DNA from: Octopus sinensis
Taxonomy: Eukaryota
Assembly (NCBI RefSeq): GCF_006345805.1
Contig: NC_042998.1
Span: forward strand, 63,240,001-63,304,000
Reading direction: 5' to 3'
DNA: 64,000 nt
This document shows, piece by piece, positions 39,628-54,057 of this stretch. Position 1 is the stretch's first letter. The number at the start of each line of letters is the position of its first letter. The translations under genes were made by a program, and so were the position numbers. Below the pieces are notes generated by a model. It was not told the origin of the DNA, did no database searches, and saw only the letters and a program-made list of their open reading frames with translations.

Positions 39628-40511
39628 CACTTATACGATGGACTTCTTTCAGTTTCCGTCTACCAAATCCACTCACATGGCTTTGGTCGGGCCGACGCTA
39701 TAGCAGAGGATACCTGCCCAAGGTGCCACGCAGTGGGACTGGACCCAGAAACATGTGGTTGGTAACACAGCTTCTTACCACACAGCCACTGGGCACAAAG
39801 TTTTAACGCTCTTGCTCACTTCTGCTGCTTACAGTAGTGGTTGGAAGAAAGTTGTGAAACGTGTGATCTTCGTATTGATCATAATAGAGAAAGTTGAACG
39901 CAGAAACTGCATCAGATTTTGCTAAAATCTTAGCGATAACTGCTCAGATGCCTCGTAAACTTTTCACAAAGTTTTAATCGTTCTCGACACAATCAAGGTC
40001 TTGTCCAAATGAACCCCGTGTGCCCTTTTGGTCAGCTGAAAGCAGATTTATTACAAACTTGGCAGACACACGTCTCATACCAAAATCTGCAGTAATAATT
40101 GACTGAACTGAGCCGGAATGATTCTGCACATCTGATAACTCACAAACCTGCGGGTCTCCAAGAACATTTATCAATATCAACATCTTTTCGGCCATCTTGT
40201 AAAAGGTTTGAGTCACTCGTACACTTGTGTTCGGTTCATACAGACCGCTCCATAAACTTTCTGCACAATTGCGTAGGTCTCTGAGCAGGTATTGCACGTG
40301 ATAACTTTCTCCATCATGGTCAATGCGACAATCACACGCTACACATCTTCCATCCAGATACTGCTGTAAACAGCGGAAGTGAGCCGCAACGTTAAAATTT
40401 AGTGCGCATACACATCAGAGTCCAAGGTCAATCTTTACCTAGCATCTTCACTATCCGTGCTTTAGCTTCGTTACTATGACAAGAGTCCGGATACTTATTG
40501 ATCAGACCTCG
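39254..40511. mobile_element. Rearranged mariner element with two inward-facing 5' ends and TA TSD; contains a SINE-A (39366-39797, minus)
   Basis: ta|cgtgatctgatcaataagtatccggac ... gtccggatacttattgatcagacctcg|ta. Transposase N-terminus EKVE.RNCIRFC on plus (~39887) and MMEKV...RRVSAKFV..LLSADQK on minus. Confidence 0.85.
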
Positions 40512-40567
40512 TATATTAATTTTTAGATACGAGGAGTCGTTATACACATAGGAATTAAGCCTACTAC

Positions 40568-40901
40568 AACAGTGAGGGCGCGTGGCTTAGTGGTTAGGGC
40601 ATTCGGCTCATGATCGTAAGGTTGTGAGTTCGATTCCCGGCGACGCGTTGTGTCCTTGAGCAAGACACTTTATTTCACGTTGCTCCAGTCCACTCAGCTG
40701 GCAAAAATGAGTTGTACTTGTATTTCAAAGGGTCAGCCTTGTCACTCTCTGTGTCACGTTGATTATCCCCGAGAACTACGTTAAGGGTACACGTGTCTGT
40801 GGAATGCTCAGCCATTTGCACGTTAATTTCACGAGCAAGCTGTTCCGTTGATCGTATCAGCTGGGACCCTCGTCGTCGTAACCGGTGGAGTCTTTTTAAA
40901 G
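40568..40901 (+). mobile_element. tRNA-derived SINE (SINE-D), intact, 11-bp TSD
   Basis: A box tggcttagtggttagg, anticodon-like loop ctcatga, B box gagttcgattcc, then gtgtccttgagcaagacactt...ccactcagctg. TSD aagcctactac at 40557-40567 and 40902-40912. Confidence 0.85.
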
Positions 40902-41221
40902 AAGCCTACTACGAATTTAGCAGAAAAGTCTGATGTAACGATGTTTGATGACTCGGAAATCACCATCTAAACAGCGATTAAAAACAACATCGTCACCATG
41001 TCGATCTGGACATTATTTAACTACCGGCGTAATACCTGCTATAAATGACACTGTTTATTTAGGGACGAATTAGATTATACAATAACTTTTATTTAGATTA
41101 AAATACGTAATGTGTATACAGTAAGTTTTCGTACACATAATGATATATTTAAGGTAAGAATATTACTGTATATTCGTTACTGCTCTGTCAACAAATAGGC
41201 CCTTAATTGTTAATAAATATT

Positions 41222-41383
41222 AAGCGCAGGTGTGGGTGTATGACAAGAATTTTGCTTGTTAACAACACGGTTATAGGTTCAGGCTTATTGTGTGATATTG
41301 AGGGCAAATACCTTGTACTATTGCTTTAGACCGACAAAGTCTTGTTAGTCAGTTTGGTAGACGGAAACTGAAAGAAGACCATC

Positions 41384-41385
<2 letters not shown>
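41222..41385 (+). mobile_element. SINE-A, degenerate 5' part
   Basis: gcgcaggtgtgggtgtatg...ttggtagacggaaactgaaagaag. Confidence 0.7.
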
Positions 41386-41465
<80 letters not shown>

Positions 41466-41496
41466 CATATATATATATATACATATATATATATAC

Positions 41497-41600
<104 letters not shown>

Positions 41601-41759
41601 CTATAATTGTATACATAATTATAATCAGGGGTCAGCTAATTGCTTCGTCATGCACCGAATTAGAAATAGACGCTAATGTCTTTTCAACTAACATAAAGAT
41701 CTCTGAGACAATAAAACACTTTTTTATGTAGGCAAAAAGAAAATTGATGAATCCACAAG

Positions 41760-41864
<105 letters not shown>

Positions 41865-42209
41865 GCGTGAATCTGTCTTTCTCTGTGTGTCTTCGTAAAT
41901 TAGCGGTTCAACAAAAGAGGCCGATAAAATAAGTATCAGGCTTTAAAAAACTATAAGTACTAAGGTTGATTCATTCAACTAAAATTTCTTCAAACTTCAG
42001 TCTGGGGCAAGTAAATCTCTTAGCTGTCACCAAATTAATTTTTAATCAAATATCAATTCCTCCGGTCCCCTACCACATTAGTACTCATTCATTTTTTCTT
42101 ACTCTATTTTTTCAGACCAATCTCTTAAAATAGATTCTAACATTATTTGTCTATGCTGTGGCTTTCTCTCTCTTCTAGTAATTACGTTATTAATATCTCT
42201 GTATAATCA

Positions 42210-42975
42210 AGGCGGCGAGCTGGCAGAAACTTTAGCAGGCCGGGCGAAATGCTTATCAGTATTTCGTCTGTCTTTACGTTCTGAGTTCAAATTCCGCCGA
42301 GGTCGACTTTGCCTTTTATCCTTTCGGCATCGATAAAATAAGTACCAGTGAAACAGTAGGGTCGATGTGATCAACTAGTCCCCTCCCCACAAATTCGAGG
42401 CCTTGTGCCTAAAGTAGAAAGCATTATTTTAATGCGGCGAGCTGGCAGAAACGTTAGCACGTCGGGCGAAATGCTTAGCGGTATTTCGTCTCCGCTACGT
42501 GCTGAGTTCAAATTCTGCCGAGGTCAACTTTGCCTTTCATCATTTTGGGATCGATTAAATATGTACCAGTTACGCACTGGGGTCGATGTAATCGACTTAA
42601 TCCGTTTGTCTGTCCTTGTTTGTCCCCTCTGTGTTTATCCCCTGGTGGGTAGTAAAGAAATAGGTATTACGTCTGCCGTTACGTTCTGAGTTCAAATTCC
42701 GCTGAGGTCGACTTTACCTTTCATCCTTTCGGGGTCGATTAATTAAGTACCAGTTACGCACTGGGGTCGATATAATCGACTTAATCCGTGTGTCTGTCAT
42801 TGTTTGTCCCCTCTGTGCGTAGCCCCTTTGGGTAGTAAATAAATAGGTATTATCTGTCTTTATGCTCTTAGTTCTAATTCCGCACGAGGTCGACTTTGCC
42901 TTTCATCCTTTCAGGGTCGATTGACTTGCTCTTTCCCCGATATTTCGTGCCTTGTGCCTAGAGTAGAAATGAATA
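42210..42975 (+). mobile_element. SINE-B cluster: monomer (42210-42425) plus trimer (type-2, type-2, type-1; 42433-42975)
   Basis: Four Nin-like cores. Junctions aagaaataggtattacgtctg and aaataggtattatctg. Confidence 0.9.
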
Positions 42976-43366
42976 TGTCATTTTGATCGATTTTTCAAAA
43001 TATGGAGTCACTATGATGTCCACAAGTGCCTACTTACCTACGTTCCCACCTACGTACCTACCTACGTACCTACCTACGTACGTGCGTACGTACGTAACTA
43101 CATACCTACCTACCTACCTATCTACCTACCTACCTACCTACCTACCTACCTACCTACCTACCTGTCTACTTACCTATCTATCTAACCGAGCTCACTATAT
43201 AACAGCCACTTTCTACCTGTCCCTTTTCCTCCATTTAGAAGCGGCTTTCTCTATCTGCATTCCTAAATCATGATAAAGAGTTAGAATCAGGTGAATAAAA
43301 ATGGAAAATTGGTTTTTACAGAGCACAAAGGTTGTAAATAGTGATTTAGAATAGATATATAGAACG

Positions 43367-43398
<32 letters not shown>

Positions 43399-43537
43399 CA
43401 TACATACATACATACATACATACACACATGTCTATGTATGTAAGTATGTATGTATGTATGTATGTATTATGTATGTATGTATGTATGTATGTATCTATCT
43501 ATCTATCTATCTATATATATATATATTATATATATAT

Positions 43538-43581
<44 letters not shown>

Positions 43582-44202
43582 TATATACACTATATTTTAT
43601 TGCATTATCTGGTAGTCAGTACTAATAATTGCTGCATATTAATGGATTGATAAGAAAGGGTTCATAATGAACGGAATATGATCTTAATTTACAAAAATGT
43701 TAAAAGTACTCGACTATGCTAATTATGAATTCAGTTGATTGATTGACTTTACTACGGTATAATTAACTGCAGCTCACCATTGCAAAAATAGTACTGGCAT
43801 ATGGCAGCCATTACGGGGAAGTGTGAATAATTTTGCCTTCTTTCAAGAGAAAACAAGTCGCACTAATATATAATGTATGAATATAGAGGCAGTTTTTCCA
43901 ATACGGTAATATATCTGACAGTGTTTCCAATTAGTAGCCATGTTCGTATTTGAGCTTGAGAAAATGATTTTAAATATAGGTTAGTTTCCTCTTACCGTCC
44001 GTCGTGTAATAATGATGTAAGAATTGAAAGTACAACTATGATTTGACTTTCATTCCTCTTGAAGATTTGAAGAGGGCATCACCGTAACTTTGATGTACAG
44101 ATATGTGATAATTTGGAAGACAGTTTCTCCGTAATAAAAGATCAAAACAAAGTTTATCAAACTGAGCATAAGAGCATTATTTACCTATACAAATGTCATA
44201 AA

Positions 44203-44277
<75 letters not shown>

Positions 44278-45337
44278 ATATATATATATTATATATATAT
44301 ATACAGCTACTCTTTAAAACTCAAAGCTGCATTCTCTGCTTGTTTTTCATTTTAATTTGAAGAGTTGTCCAAAGTAGAATCTTCACCGTAAACAGAACAC
44401 AGTCAGTTATGGGATACGAACCACCGAACATTAAACTCGTGCTACAGTAAAATAACGACCTCTTCATAAACGATGAACAACGCTTTTTCTCAACAGCAAA
44501 TCACAGTAAGAAATTACTGTAATGGATAACGTTTATTCTTATATCAACATTTATTTCTTTACCTATACAAATTATGTACTGTACTTCAAAGGCGAGTTAT
44601 CTTGAAGCAATTTTTTTTTCCTTTACTTTGTAGTTTCCGTTTCGTTTTAGTAATCCACCCACTATAAATGGACAACAAGTATGGCAAAATTGTAATTTTA
44701 AGGAGGATACAAATTGCTGTATATGATGACAGAACTAATGTACTACGTGTCATGTTACAATGCAATTCTATGTTAACATGCACTTAGCCAAAGGAAAGTT
44801 AAGTAACTGCTCCACCTAAGAAGAGATTTAAGAATTTAAAGTCTGACATCAAAAGTTTTTCTAACTGGCCTAAATCTTTATCTTAGCTCAGTTCAAAGCT
44901 AGTGGAAAGCATATCATGTGCGAAAGTGAGATATAATTATTGCCTTTATTTTGTTTTATTATTTTGGTAGTTTGGTTTCTTTTTTTCTTTATGGCTTCGA
45001 TAAAACATGGACTGAGTTTATGTGAAAATAATTGAAACACACAAAAAGAAAAGAATAGAAAAAAAAAACGAAAGGAAAATACAAATGTGCTTCAGGTTTT
45101 ACGTAGTAGTGATAACAGTGTTGTTTGGCAGTTGCACAAGGAGGTTAGGCGTAATCAATGCGAAGAATTACTGTTTCGTTTTCCGACATTGGTTTCTCAT
45201 GGAAGCAATGCACATAATAGATGGTTGATATCATCATTAGAATTAGATAAATAAATCAAAAATATACATATACATACAGAACGTATGACGTATGTATGTA
45301 TATGTATATATATAATATATATTATATATATATATAA

Positions 45338-45392
<55 letters not shown>

Positions 45393-45402
45393 CATACATA
45401 CA

Positions 45403-45436
<34 letters not shown>

Positions 45437-46185
45437 CTTAAATGTTCGCATGCAGCATATGAACTTGCATACAACCATACACAGATACATACATACATGC
45501 AAATCTACATGCATATATGAGTGAAATCGCACAAATAAAAGTGGAATATAAAGGGACAAATGGAAAATGCAAGATTTTACAACAGGTAGACACAATTCTA
45601 AAAGAGATGGACAAAATGTAAACACAGATACATTAAAGAAAAAAAGTTGTTTCCAGTGAATAGAATACCGTAAAAAATGGATAAGAAAGAGAAATTGTCT
45701 GTCGTTTCTTGTGAATATTCATTAAAGTAAATAGAAAGAATCAAGAAATACTTCATCTGACATGGTTGCACCAACGGCTCAAAAATGAATTTTTGGAATA
45801 ACCATAATGTTCTGGTGATCTGATTGCTTAGTTTTATTTATTTGCATTAATTTGTGAATATACACGTGTAAAATATAATGCCGAGCATGCATATTAATAC
45901 CAAGATGTAAACATAGCTTCCTGCACACTGAAATTAAAACAGTATAGACAAGGTTGAGAATAGATGCAATCCTAAGGATCTCATGTGGTTGAATAAATAT
46001 AAATTCATCTTTCATACCTCCTGACACATGTGGTTGATATTCTCCACATAAAATAATTTCAGCTACATGGATATTCTGGATTTCATCTCCATGGATATTC
46101 TATATTACACTTCACTGCATTGATTTACTGTTTGTCTAGTCCGTACGAGGAGCTTTCTCTGATAGCCATAGGATTCGCTGAAACC

Positions 46186-46296
<111 letters not shown>

Positions 46297-46351
46297 GCTC
46301 TGTGTGCAGCCCTGTGTGGCCAATAAAGAAACTTATCTATCTATCTATCTT

Positions 46352-46428
<77 letters not shown>

Positions 46429-46481
46429 ATATATTATATATATATCTAAGTCTGTAATACTATCTATCCTATCTATTTTAG

Positions 46482-46515
<34 letters not shown>

Positions 46516-47424
46516 ATATATATATATAATATATATATATATATAGACACACACACATATAAACAGCCAAAGTCACATACACATATACATATATTATTAA
46601 ACATACACACGCACACACGCGCGCGCACACACACAAAGACCTGCGCGCATGCACACATCCACACATACATACGCATATATTCTTCTCTTGCACTCTCCTG
46701 TCTTAGAAAGTACTTTTTCTTCACCCATTCCCTTCCGGTCATTTCAAAATGTAGTCACGTGTGTATCGTTGGCGATTCTTCTTCCTTCATCTTCCCTTCC
46801 TTTGGACTTTCCTCTATTTCTGAAGAAGAGCTTAGATCGAAACTTTAAATCCTCTGGTGGTTGTCTACTCTTTTGACTACTTTCTATATCTACGCCCTAG
46901 AACTTTCATGGCATCTGATGTGGCTCTTTAATCCAGACAATGTTCTGAAAAGACACACACGCAAATTTCATATCCGATTTGGACCACCAAGAGCTCGCCG
47001 ATAAGTTCTGATCTCTGTAGATTTGTGCACACTTTTAAATGCAATGTATGCCAGGAAGTTTATAAATCTAACGGAGGCCTCTAAAGGCATTTTAATATAT
47101 ATATATATGTGTGTGTATGTATATATATATATAGGTATATATATATACCTATATATGTGTATGTGTAATATATATATATCTATATATATATATATTAGAT
47201 ATATATATATATATATTATATATATATATATATATATATCAGTGAACAGGTCGCGGATTTTAGCGACGAAAATATTTTGACAAATTAAATTTAAATGTTG
47301 GAGTGAATCGAACGGCTTTTGTGTGTTTCTTAAATGGCTTTTATAAACACCTTCCACTCTGCAATTGTTTTCGTTTCAGCACACGATCTCAGATCAAATT
47401 ACTTGCTATGCGAGTACATCTCCG

Positions 47425-47511
<87 letters not shown>

Positions 47512-48826
47512 ATATATATATATGTATATATATATGTATATATATACCTATGTCAGGTGAGATAGCATATTTTGAGATAACGGTGTGTATTAGAATTGTA
47601 TTTCCATAAATTTTATTCACGTTTGTTCCATATCTTACAGGTTCCTTTAAGCGGTGCTTTTTGTAATTAAGCATTTATATTTTATACGTCATGGCTTGAT
47701 ATTAACATCACGTATGGAGGAACATAATTGCAGTATCAATGTATCTACTGATAACTAAATGATAATATAGTTTATACCATACCAAGCACCATAATTGTAT
47801 TCTCAAAGTCGATGTATTTTGAAAGCATAGTTACGTGGTTGTAGAATTTATTTTCTAAATAACTTAGTAGACAGCTTTATCCTAAAATCTAATTGTTAAC
47901 GTTTGCTTCGTGCAAAATATTTTCTATCTGTTAGTTTCTTGATATCAGAACCTTTGTTCTGTTACAAATCATTGTTCGTTTGGCGCATAAACAGAACGAA
48001 TACGTTGTAGTAACACACCTTGCTTCACTAATGTAGGAACAAGGATGAGTGAACTCTCTGTAAGAGCAAACTGATTAATTTACACATAAAGATTACTTTG
48101 CCCACGCAACCAAAAAGGAAACGTTGATTTCCTTGATATCAACTTAGCTTTTAGAAACATTGTTATTTCAAACCTTTGGAACATACAGTTGATAGAATAA
48201 CGAAATCGGTGGCTCTATACATTACACAAGTATTAATAACACTTGACATAAAAAGTATAGCAATGTTTAACATTTTCCTTGTCATTGCGCTGTTTTTAGC
48301 AGGATTTTCAAAATATGTCAAATTCTCGATTTTGTTATGGCCTTTTTAGTTCATCGCATATTGCATAATTTGTGATTTGCTCTCGTGTATCCTATTCAAT
48401 TATGTTCACGCTGGATTGTAAAACTTTACTTTAATCTCCGTCACACATTGGTATTTGTTCAGCGAATTCAGAATAAAGGATGAATGGACAATGAAATGTA
48501 AGTAATACAAATAAATGGGATGCAATAAAAGCATTTAATCTCATCGAGTTTTCTACTGAATCTTTACACTGTGGTTACTTTGTGAATGAGTGCACTCAAA
48601 AACAGATAGACGAACTCACAGATACATACGCTACACATAAATGCGCATAGCTATTTATTAATCTATCTATTCGTGAAGCTATCTTTCTGTCTATTAATCT
48701 ATCTATCTGCCTGTCTGTCTGTGTGCGTGTCTGTCTCCCTGTACTTATTTTCCTCTCACTCATCGTCTTTTCTCTTTCTCCCTCTGTCTCTCAATATATC
48801 TATACATACATACATATATATACATG

Positions 48827-48866
<40 letters not shown>

Positions 48867-49064
48867 TATATATATATATATACATACATATATATATATA
48901 CATATATATATATTATATATATATATACATATATATATATACATACATATATATATACACATACATGTATATATTATACATACATAAATACATATATACA
49001 TACATATACTTATATACATACATATATTTACGTACATAGATATATACATGCATATATATATATT

Positions 49065-49098
<34 letters not shown>

Positions 49099-49899
49099 TA
49101 TATGACTTGACTTTGGATTCGGCGTTCATTCCTCGTTGATTCACTTTGTAAAATCAAATGTACCCATGTACATATGTATGCATAATGTAACAGCAACAAC
49201 AACATCAATAATAGGAATGCGAAGGCTCCATTGTTGATCTCCATGTCTTCATCTGCTGAACGTATTTACAAACTAATGTTATTTGTATGTATGTCCACTA
49301 AGCTGCTTCTCTTCTTCCAACTATTCACCAACCCTCACGTAATTATGATTATCTCAAGTACAAGGGAAAAGTCAAAACCCAACAACATTTTATATTACTA
49401 CACAGGAGTAGAAGCGAAGCTGAGAGACTTAACTAAATTTTGCAGCAACGCATAACAACGACGATAACAGCTATACTGTTGCCATGACTACAAAAGGTGG
49501 CGGCATAGATAGAGACTACGGCAGTATTAGTGGTAATTAACGATGGCCACTGCTGCTGTAAGTGCAAGTTAGAAGTAATTGGAATGGTAAGAATGGCGGA
49601 GCTGTCTATAGTGACACAGATAACAACCGTTTCTACATCAGCCACACTGGGCTCAATACTAAATTATTAATATTTCACAAAAACGTCATACGAAACAAAA
49701 GCGAAAATTAAAACAGTACACCATATCTCTTAAGCTATGGTTAATCTGGAAGCGCGTCCCTTTGGAGAGAATCAGTCTGGCTGTCGAAAAGTCATCCACT
49801 GGTACAAACTCTTCTCTGAATACGAATTTGGAAGGTTACTTGAATGCGAATGGCCCCAACTAGAGCCCTTTAAGTTCACCACCGCAGCCACAATAACAA

Positions 49900-51810
49900 G
49901 AAATTTGTAAGAGGATGAAATGAACCCAAGAAGAGAATGAAGATGTAATATGCGCTAATTACCATGCCTTAAGTAGGCCATGGAGTGAAACGCATCGTAG
50001 ACTGTTCTCAAATATGGAGAACACAAAATCAAGACAGCTATTTGGGTGAAAACTAGTTAGAAAATGTTAGGAGGTACATCTTTAGAAATAATAGACTCAG
50101 AGATAGGGGAATGACAGGAAGGAATTGAAGAATCAGATGATGTAATTTCAAACATCCTGAAGTATGACATGTCATTGTGGAACATGGATTTCCAATGATA
50201 CCACTCTAATGTAGTACTGACTTCAAATGATATCATCAACTGTGACATTTTTGAAGGTGACTCATTTTCACCCCTTTTCTTTTGTATAGCCTTAATAACT
50301 CTTACAAGCGAACTTAACAGAACAGAATATTGGTATAAAATTCAGATCAAGAAAATGAGCTATTTCTTTTATATGGATGTCTTAAAACTTTATGGCAAAG
50401 GCAATATTGAGATCGTAGGCCTATCACGTAGTGTGAAAGAGTTTAGTGATGATGTCGGGATGAAATTTGGTCTTGATAAATGTTTCAAGGTCACTTTCCA
50501 GAATGAAAGTTGAAGACCTCATATTCAGTGATGTTAGATGTTTATACAGTTATAAAAGAATCTCAGCAGGAACAAACCTCCAAATACTTTGGAAAAATGT
50601 GTGTTCTGGCATTCGGCATGCAAATATGAAGGAGAAGATCAGAAAGGAATGTTACAGGAGAATTCGGGCAGTCCTAAAATCTGAGTTAAATACACATAAC
50701 AAGGTTTTATCCATAAATTCCTCAGCAGCTCTTGTTGTTATCTATAGCTTCAGTGCGTTCAATTAGAGTATCAGCAGATTAAAGGAAATTGAAACGAAGA
50801 TCAAGCTGCTGACAAGCAATAGGATGCATCACCCAAAGGCAGACACGGATCGTTTTTATCTCCTCATAACCCAAGGAGCTCGAAGCTTGATCTAGTTAGA
50901 AATCTCTTACGAAACCATCACAAGTGGACTGGCCAAATATCTTCAAACATCTAACCATTGGATTCTAAAACTCGGTGAAAACCACGAGAGACGTAAGAAG
51001 CTTCATTCTGTCATGAAAGAGAGCAAACAATTGCCTTGTGAGTTTATGCATGATACCCAAGTTTGAACTCATGATGAAAACGCAACAACTGTTGTTGCAA
51101 AGAAGATTAAATCAAGAACAAAGAAAAAAAAGCGTTTGAACAATTGACTGAGAGGTGGGAATATAACCCTCTGCATGGCAAATATATAACTCGTAGCAAC
51201 AAGTTGATATAGACTAGAAGCCCACCGTTTAGTAGCTACGGAGCTCAGGTCTGAAGACACAGGGTGAAGGCTTTACTTTCGTCGTGCAATATCAGAGATT
51301 ATTGAGTCGGAACTCTCAAGCCAACGGGATGAAAATTGGAGTTTACTCTATTGGTAGGATGGAAACAGTGGACCACCTAATCACTGGGAGGAAAGTTTTC
51401 GCACCTGTATATTGTAAATCAAGACATGACGGCATTGGGCATTATCTGCATTTGTTTAGATGTCAGTATTTTAAAATCAACACTACTGATAAATGGTAGA
51501 AGCACAACACTGAGGTTGTAACTGAGGGAGAAAATGTAATGATTTTTGCGACATACCAGTGCATACAAGACGAACCATCAAAGCTAATTAACCAGATATT
51601 GTTGTGAAAGAAGAAAACGATAAACTCTGTTTATTGATTGACATGAGCATACCTTATGGTCATAATGTCTTGGCAAAAGAATTTGATAAGCTCAGAAAAT
51701 ATAAAGATTTGCTGATTGAAATTGAAAAGATGTGACATCTCAAGATGGTTACAATATCAATGATAGCAGGAGCACTTGTAATGATCAAATTAGGAACTGA
51801 AAATTATTAG
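49900..51810 (+). mobile_element. R4/Dong-like non-LTR retrotransposon (RT plus restriction-like endonuclease), decayed
   Basis: IFEGDSFSPLFFCIAL, FYMDVLKLY, VGMKFGLDKC, KECYRRIRAVLKSELN, HPKADTDRFY, LHGKY, ETVDHLITG..SRHD, PDIVV..LLIDMSIP and KYKDL.IEIEK..GAL. Confidence 0.85.
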
Positions 51811-52120
51811 GAATGGCTGTGTGGTAAGTAGCTTGCTTATCAACCACATGGTTCCGGATTCATTCCCTCTGCGCTGCACCTTGGGCAAGTGACTTCCACT
51901 ATAGCCTCGGGCCGACCAAAGCCTTGTGAGTGGATTTGGTAGACGGAAATTGAAAGAAGCCTATTGTATATATGCATATACATATGTATGTGTGTGTATG
52001 TTTGTGTGTGTATGTTTGTGTGTCTGTATGTCATCGCATGACAACCGATGCTGGTGTGTTTACGTCCCCGTAATATAGCAGTACGGCAAAAGAGACAGAT
52101 ACAATAAGTACTAGGCTTGT
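51811..52120 (+). mobile_element. SINE-A, 3'-truncated
   Basis: ggaatggctgtgtggtaagtagcttgc...ccttgggcaagt...aagtactaggctt. Confidence 0.9.
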
Positions 52121-52124
52121 GACA

Positions 52125-53825
52125 TGTGTTCTTCCCTTGCATATGTCCCGTTGAGAAAAGTATATATTTCTTTTATTTTTGCATTTTTTTCTTTCGTCGG
52201 GGAAAGGGTACTAGGTACACTAAGATAATTATTGATTTACAATCTTGATAAGGAGAGTTCTTCTGAGAGGATTTACCCGTCTATTTCCTGACAGTTGAGG
52301 CATCTCGGGAGGTAGGTTTGGGTGTGTCTGTACCAATGAAGATAGTTTTCTGGAATGATAGCGTTGATGTTACGTCTTGTGATGTGTTGTATGACATGTG
52401 TTTCTTCTGCAGCTGGTCGGTTGCCAACCCTTTGCTGCAACTCAACTGGAGCGAGGTCTCCTTTGACAGCCGCTTGAAAGGCAGGATGCGCCATTTCCGT
52501 AGGATTAAGGAACGACGAGTAGGGATGCAGGAGTTTCAGACAGATCCTTGGGTTGGCGTCAGCTGGGAGCTCGCCACGAACGTGTGGTCGTGCGTTGTCG
52601 TAGATCAGGTTGACGGATCTATGCGCTGGGAACATGCTCGAACTGTTTCTGCCAAGGACTCCTCGAAAGAGTTTCCGGTAACGGTATCGTTCGTAATGGA
52701 GTGGTGAAGCAGGCCAATATCTCCCAACACCGCGAAAGTGACGTTACAGTTTTTCCCATGCTGACCGTTGACAACTCGGCGAACAGTAACACCTCGAAGG
52801 GTTCGTACAAAAGATCACCTGATCTAAATGTTGTACCCACATTCATCAATGAATACGCAATGGCTGACGACTTCTTCCATGAACCGATGTGCGTACTCAT
52901 GACGCTTTTTTCGGAGTTCTTAGGGCATTTCTTGCGTCTGTAACGTTTTCGGCCAAATTCATAGTTATCAACATCCCATCTAGAGCCCGTGAGATTGCAG
53001 ACACAGAAACATGATGTTTTCCGGGTAATGCTGCCTCTAAATCCCTTTTCATCTGTTGAAGGGTTGCGAGTGGGTTGGCATCAATAATCACCTGAAGTTG
53101 AGCTCACATTTCTTCATCAATATTAACATGGGGGCACCTCCCCTGGGCAACTTGTGCCCCCCCCCCAGGCCGTAGGTGGGTTTCTACTATGGATATATTT
53201 AATGCCAAGTGTGCCTGCCAGTTTCAGATAATAGGTTTAATACCCACCGAAGGCGTCAACCAACCTTGCTCTATCTTAGTCCGATATACGCATGTACCTT
53301 TCAAGCTGTTGTAAGAAAAAAGGATATAAAATGCAAATGATACCAACCGGTTACGAAAGTTGCAATGAAAAAGTGTTTCGTGGACAGAAGGATCTTGTAA
53401 TTTATTTCTTCCTTGTAGCTATAACAACATAATAAATTTAAATTTATTACTTTTAACATTCACTTCTTAGGCTGTGTGTAAAAACACACACGTAAAATTA
53501 ATGCTAAATGGAATAAACTTATTCCGAACTCGAATACCCAAGTGTGAAATTGGATACTTGAAATGAAGCTTCCTAGCGTTCCGACTAATTTGAATGCTCT
53601 CGACGCGCATTTTAATTTGAATGATAAAAATGCAAAATTCTTTGACCAAAGTGCGAAATTGGATGGTCGAGAAACAAATTTCAATGACTAACTTCGTGGC
53701 GTTAATTTTTTCGCGACTTTGAATGACCAAATTATCAAATTGAATGATAAGCGTACGAAAATGATTGCGAAACCCTTTATCAAAAACTGTATGCCAAATT
53801 CCCACTCCGTTTTGTGCGTGCACTA
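52125..53825 (-). mobile_element. IS630/Tc1-superfamily DNA transposon relic, transposase frameshifted (~52273-53300)
   Basis: DANPLATLQQMK..VSVSAISRAL (HTH), FIDECGYNI, IYDNARPH and LLHPYSSFLNPTE. The D-E spacing is 33 residues in this copy. Only one candidate terminus is seen. Confidence 0.8.
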
Positions 53826-53970
53826 ATTCAATAGATATCTTCTTGTTACTAGCTTTATGTTGTTCTTAGTTTCATATCATCTAGCCCATCAATTATCTCT
53901 GTTTTTAATCTCGTTTATTGCAACAAAATCAAGGAAACCACAACTGTTACATAGTAATACTATTTCCGTC

Positions 53971-54023
<53 letters not shown>

Positions 54024-54057
54024 TGTGTCTGTGCATTCATACATACATATATACATA

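Noticed and set aside
40574-40645. tRNA-like sequence with a CAT anticodon loop; also 33561-33632 and 8145-8217
   Set aside because: Each continues into a SINE body with no clean acceptor stem or terminator, and two sit within TSD-bounded insertions. These are SINE heads, not tRNA genes.
42433-42975. Regularly spaced repeats superficially like a CRISPR array
   Set aside because: The units are ~185-bp SINE bodies without unique spacers, there are no cas genes, and the context is eukaryotic.
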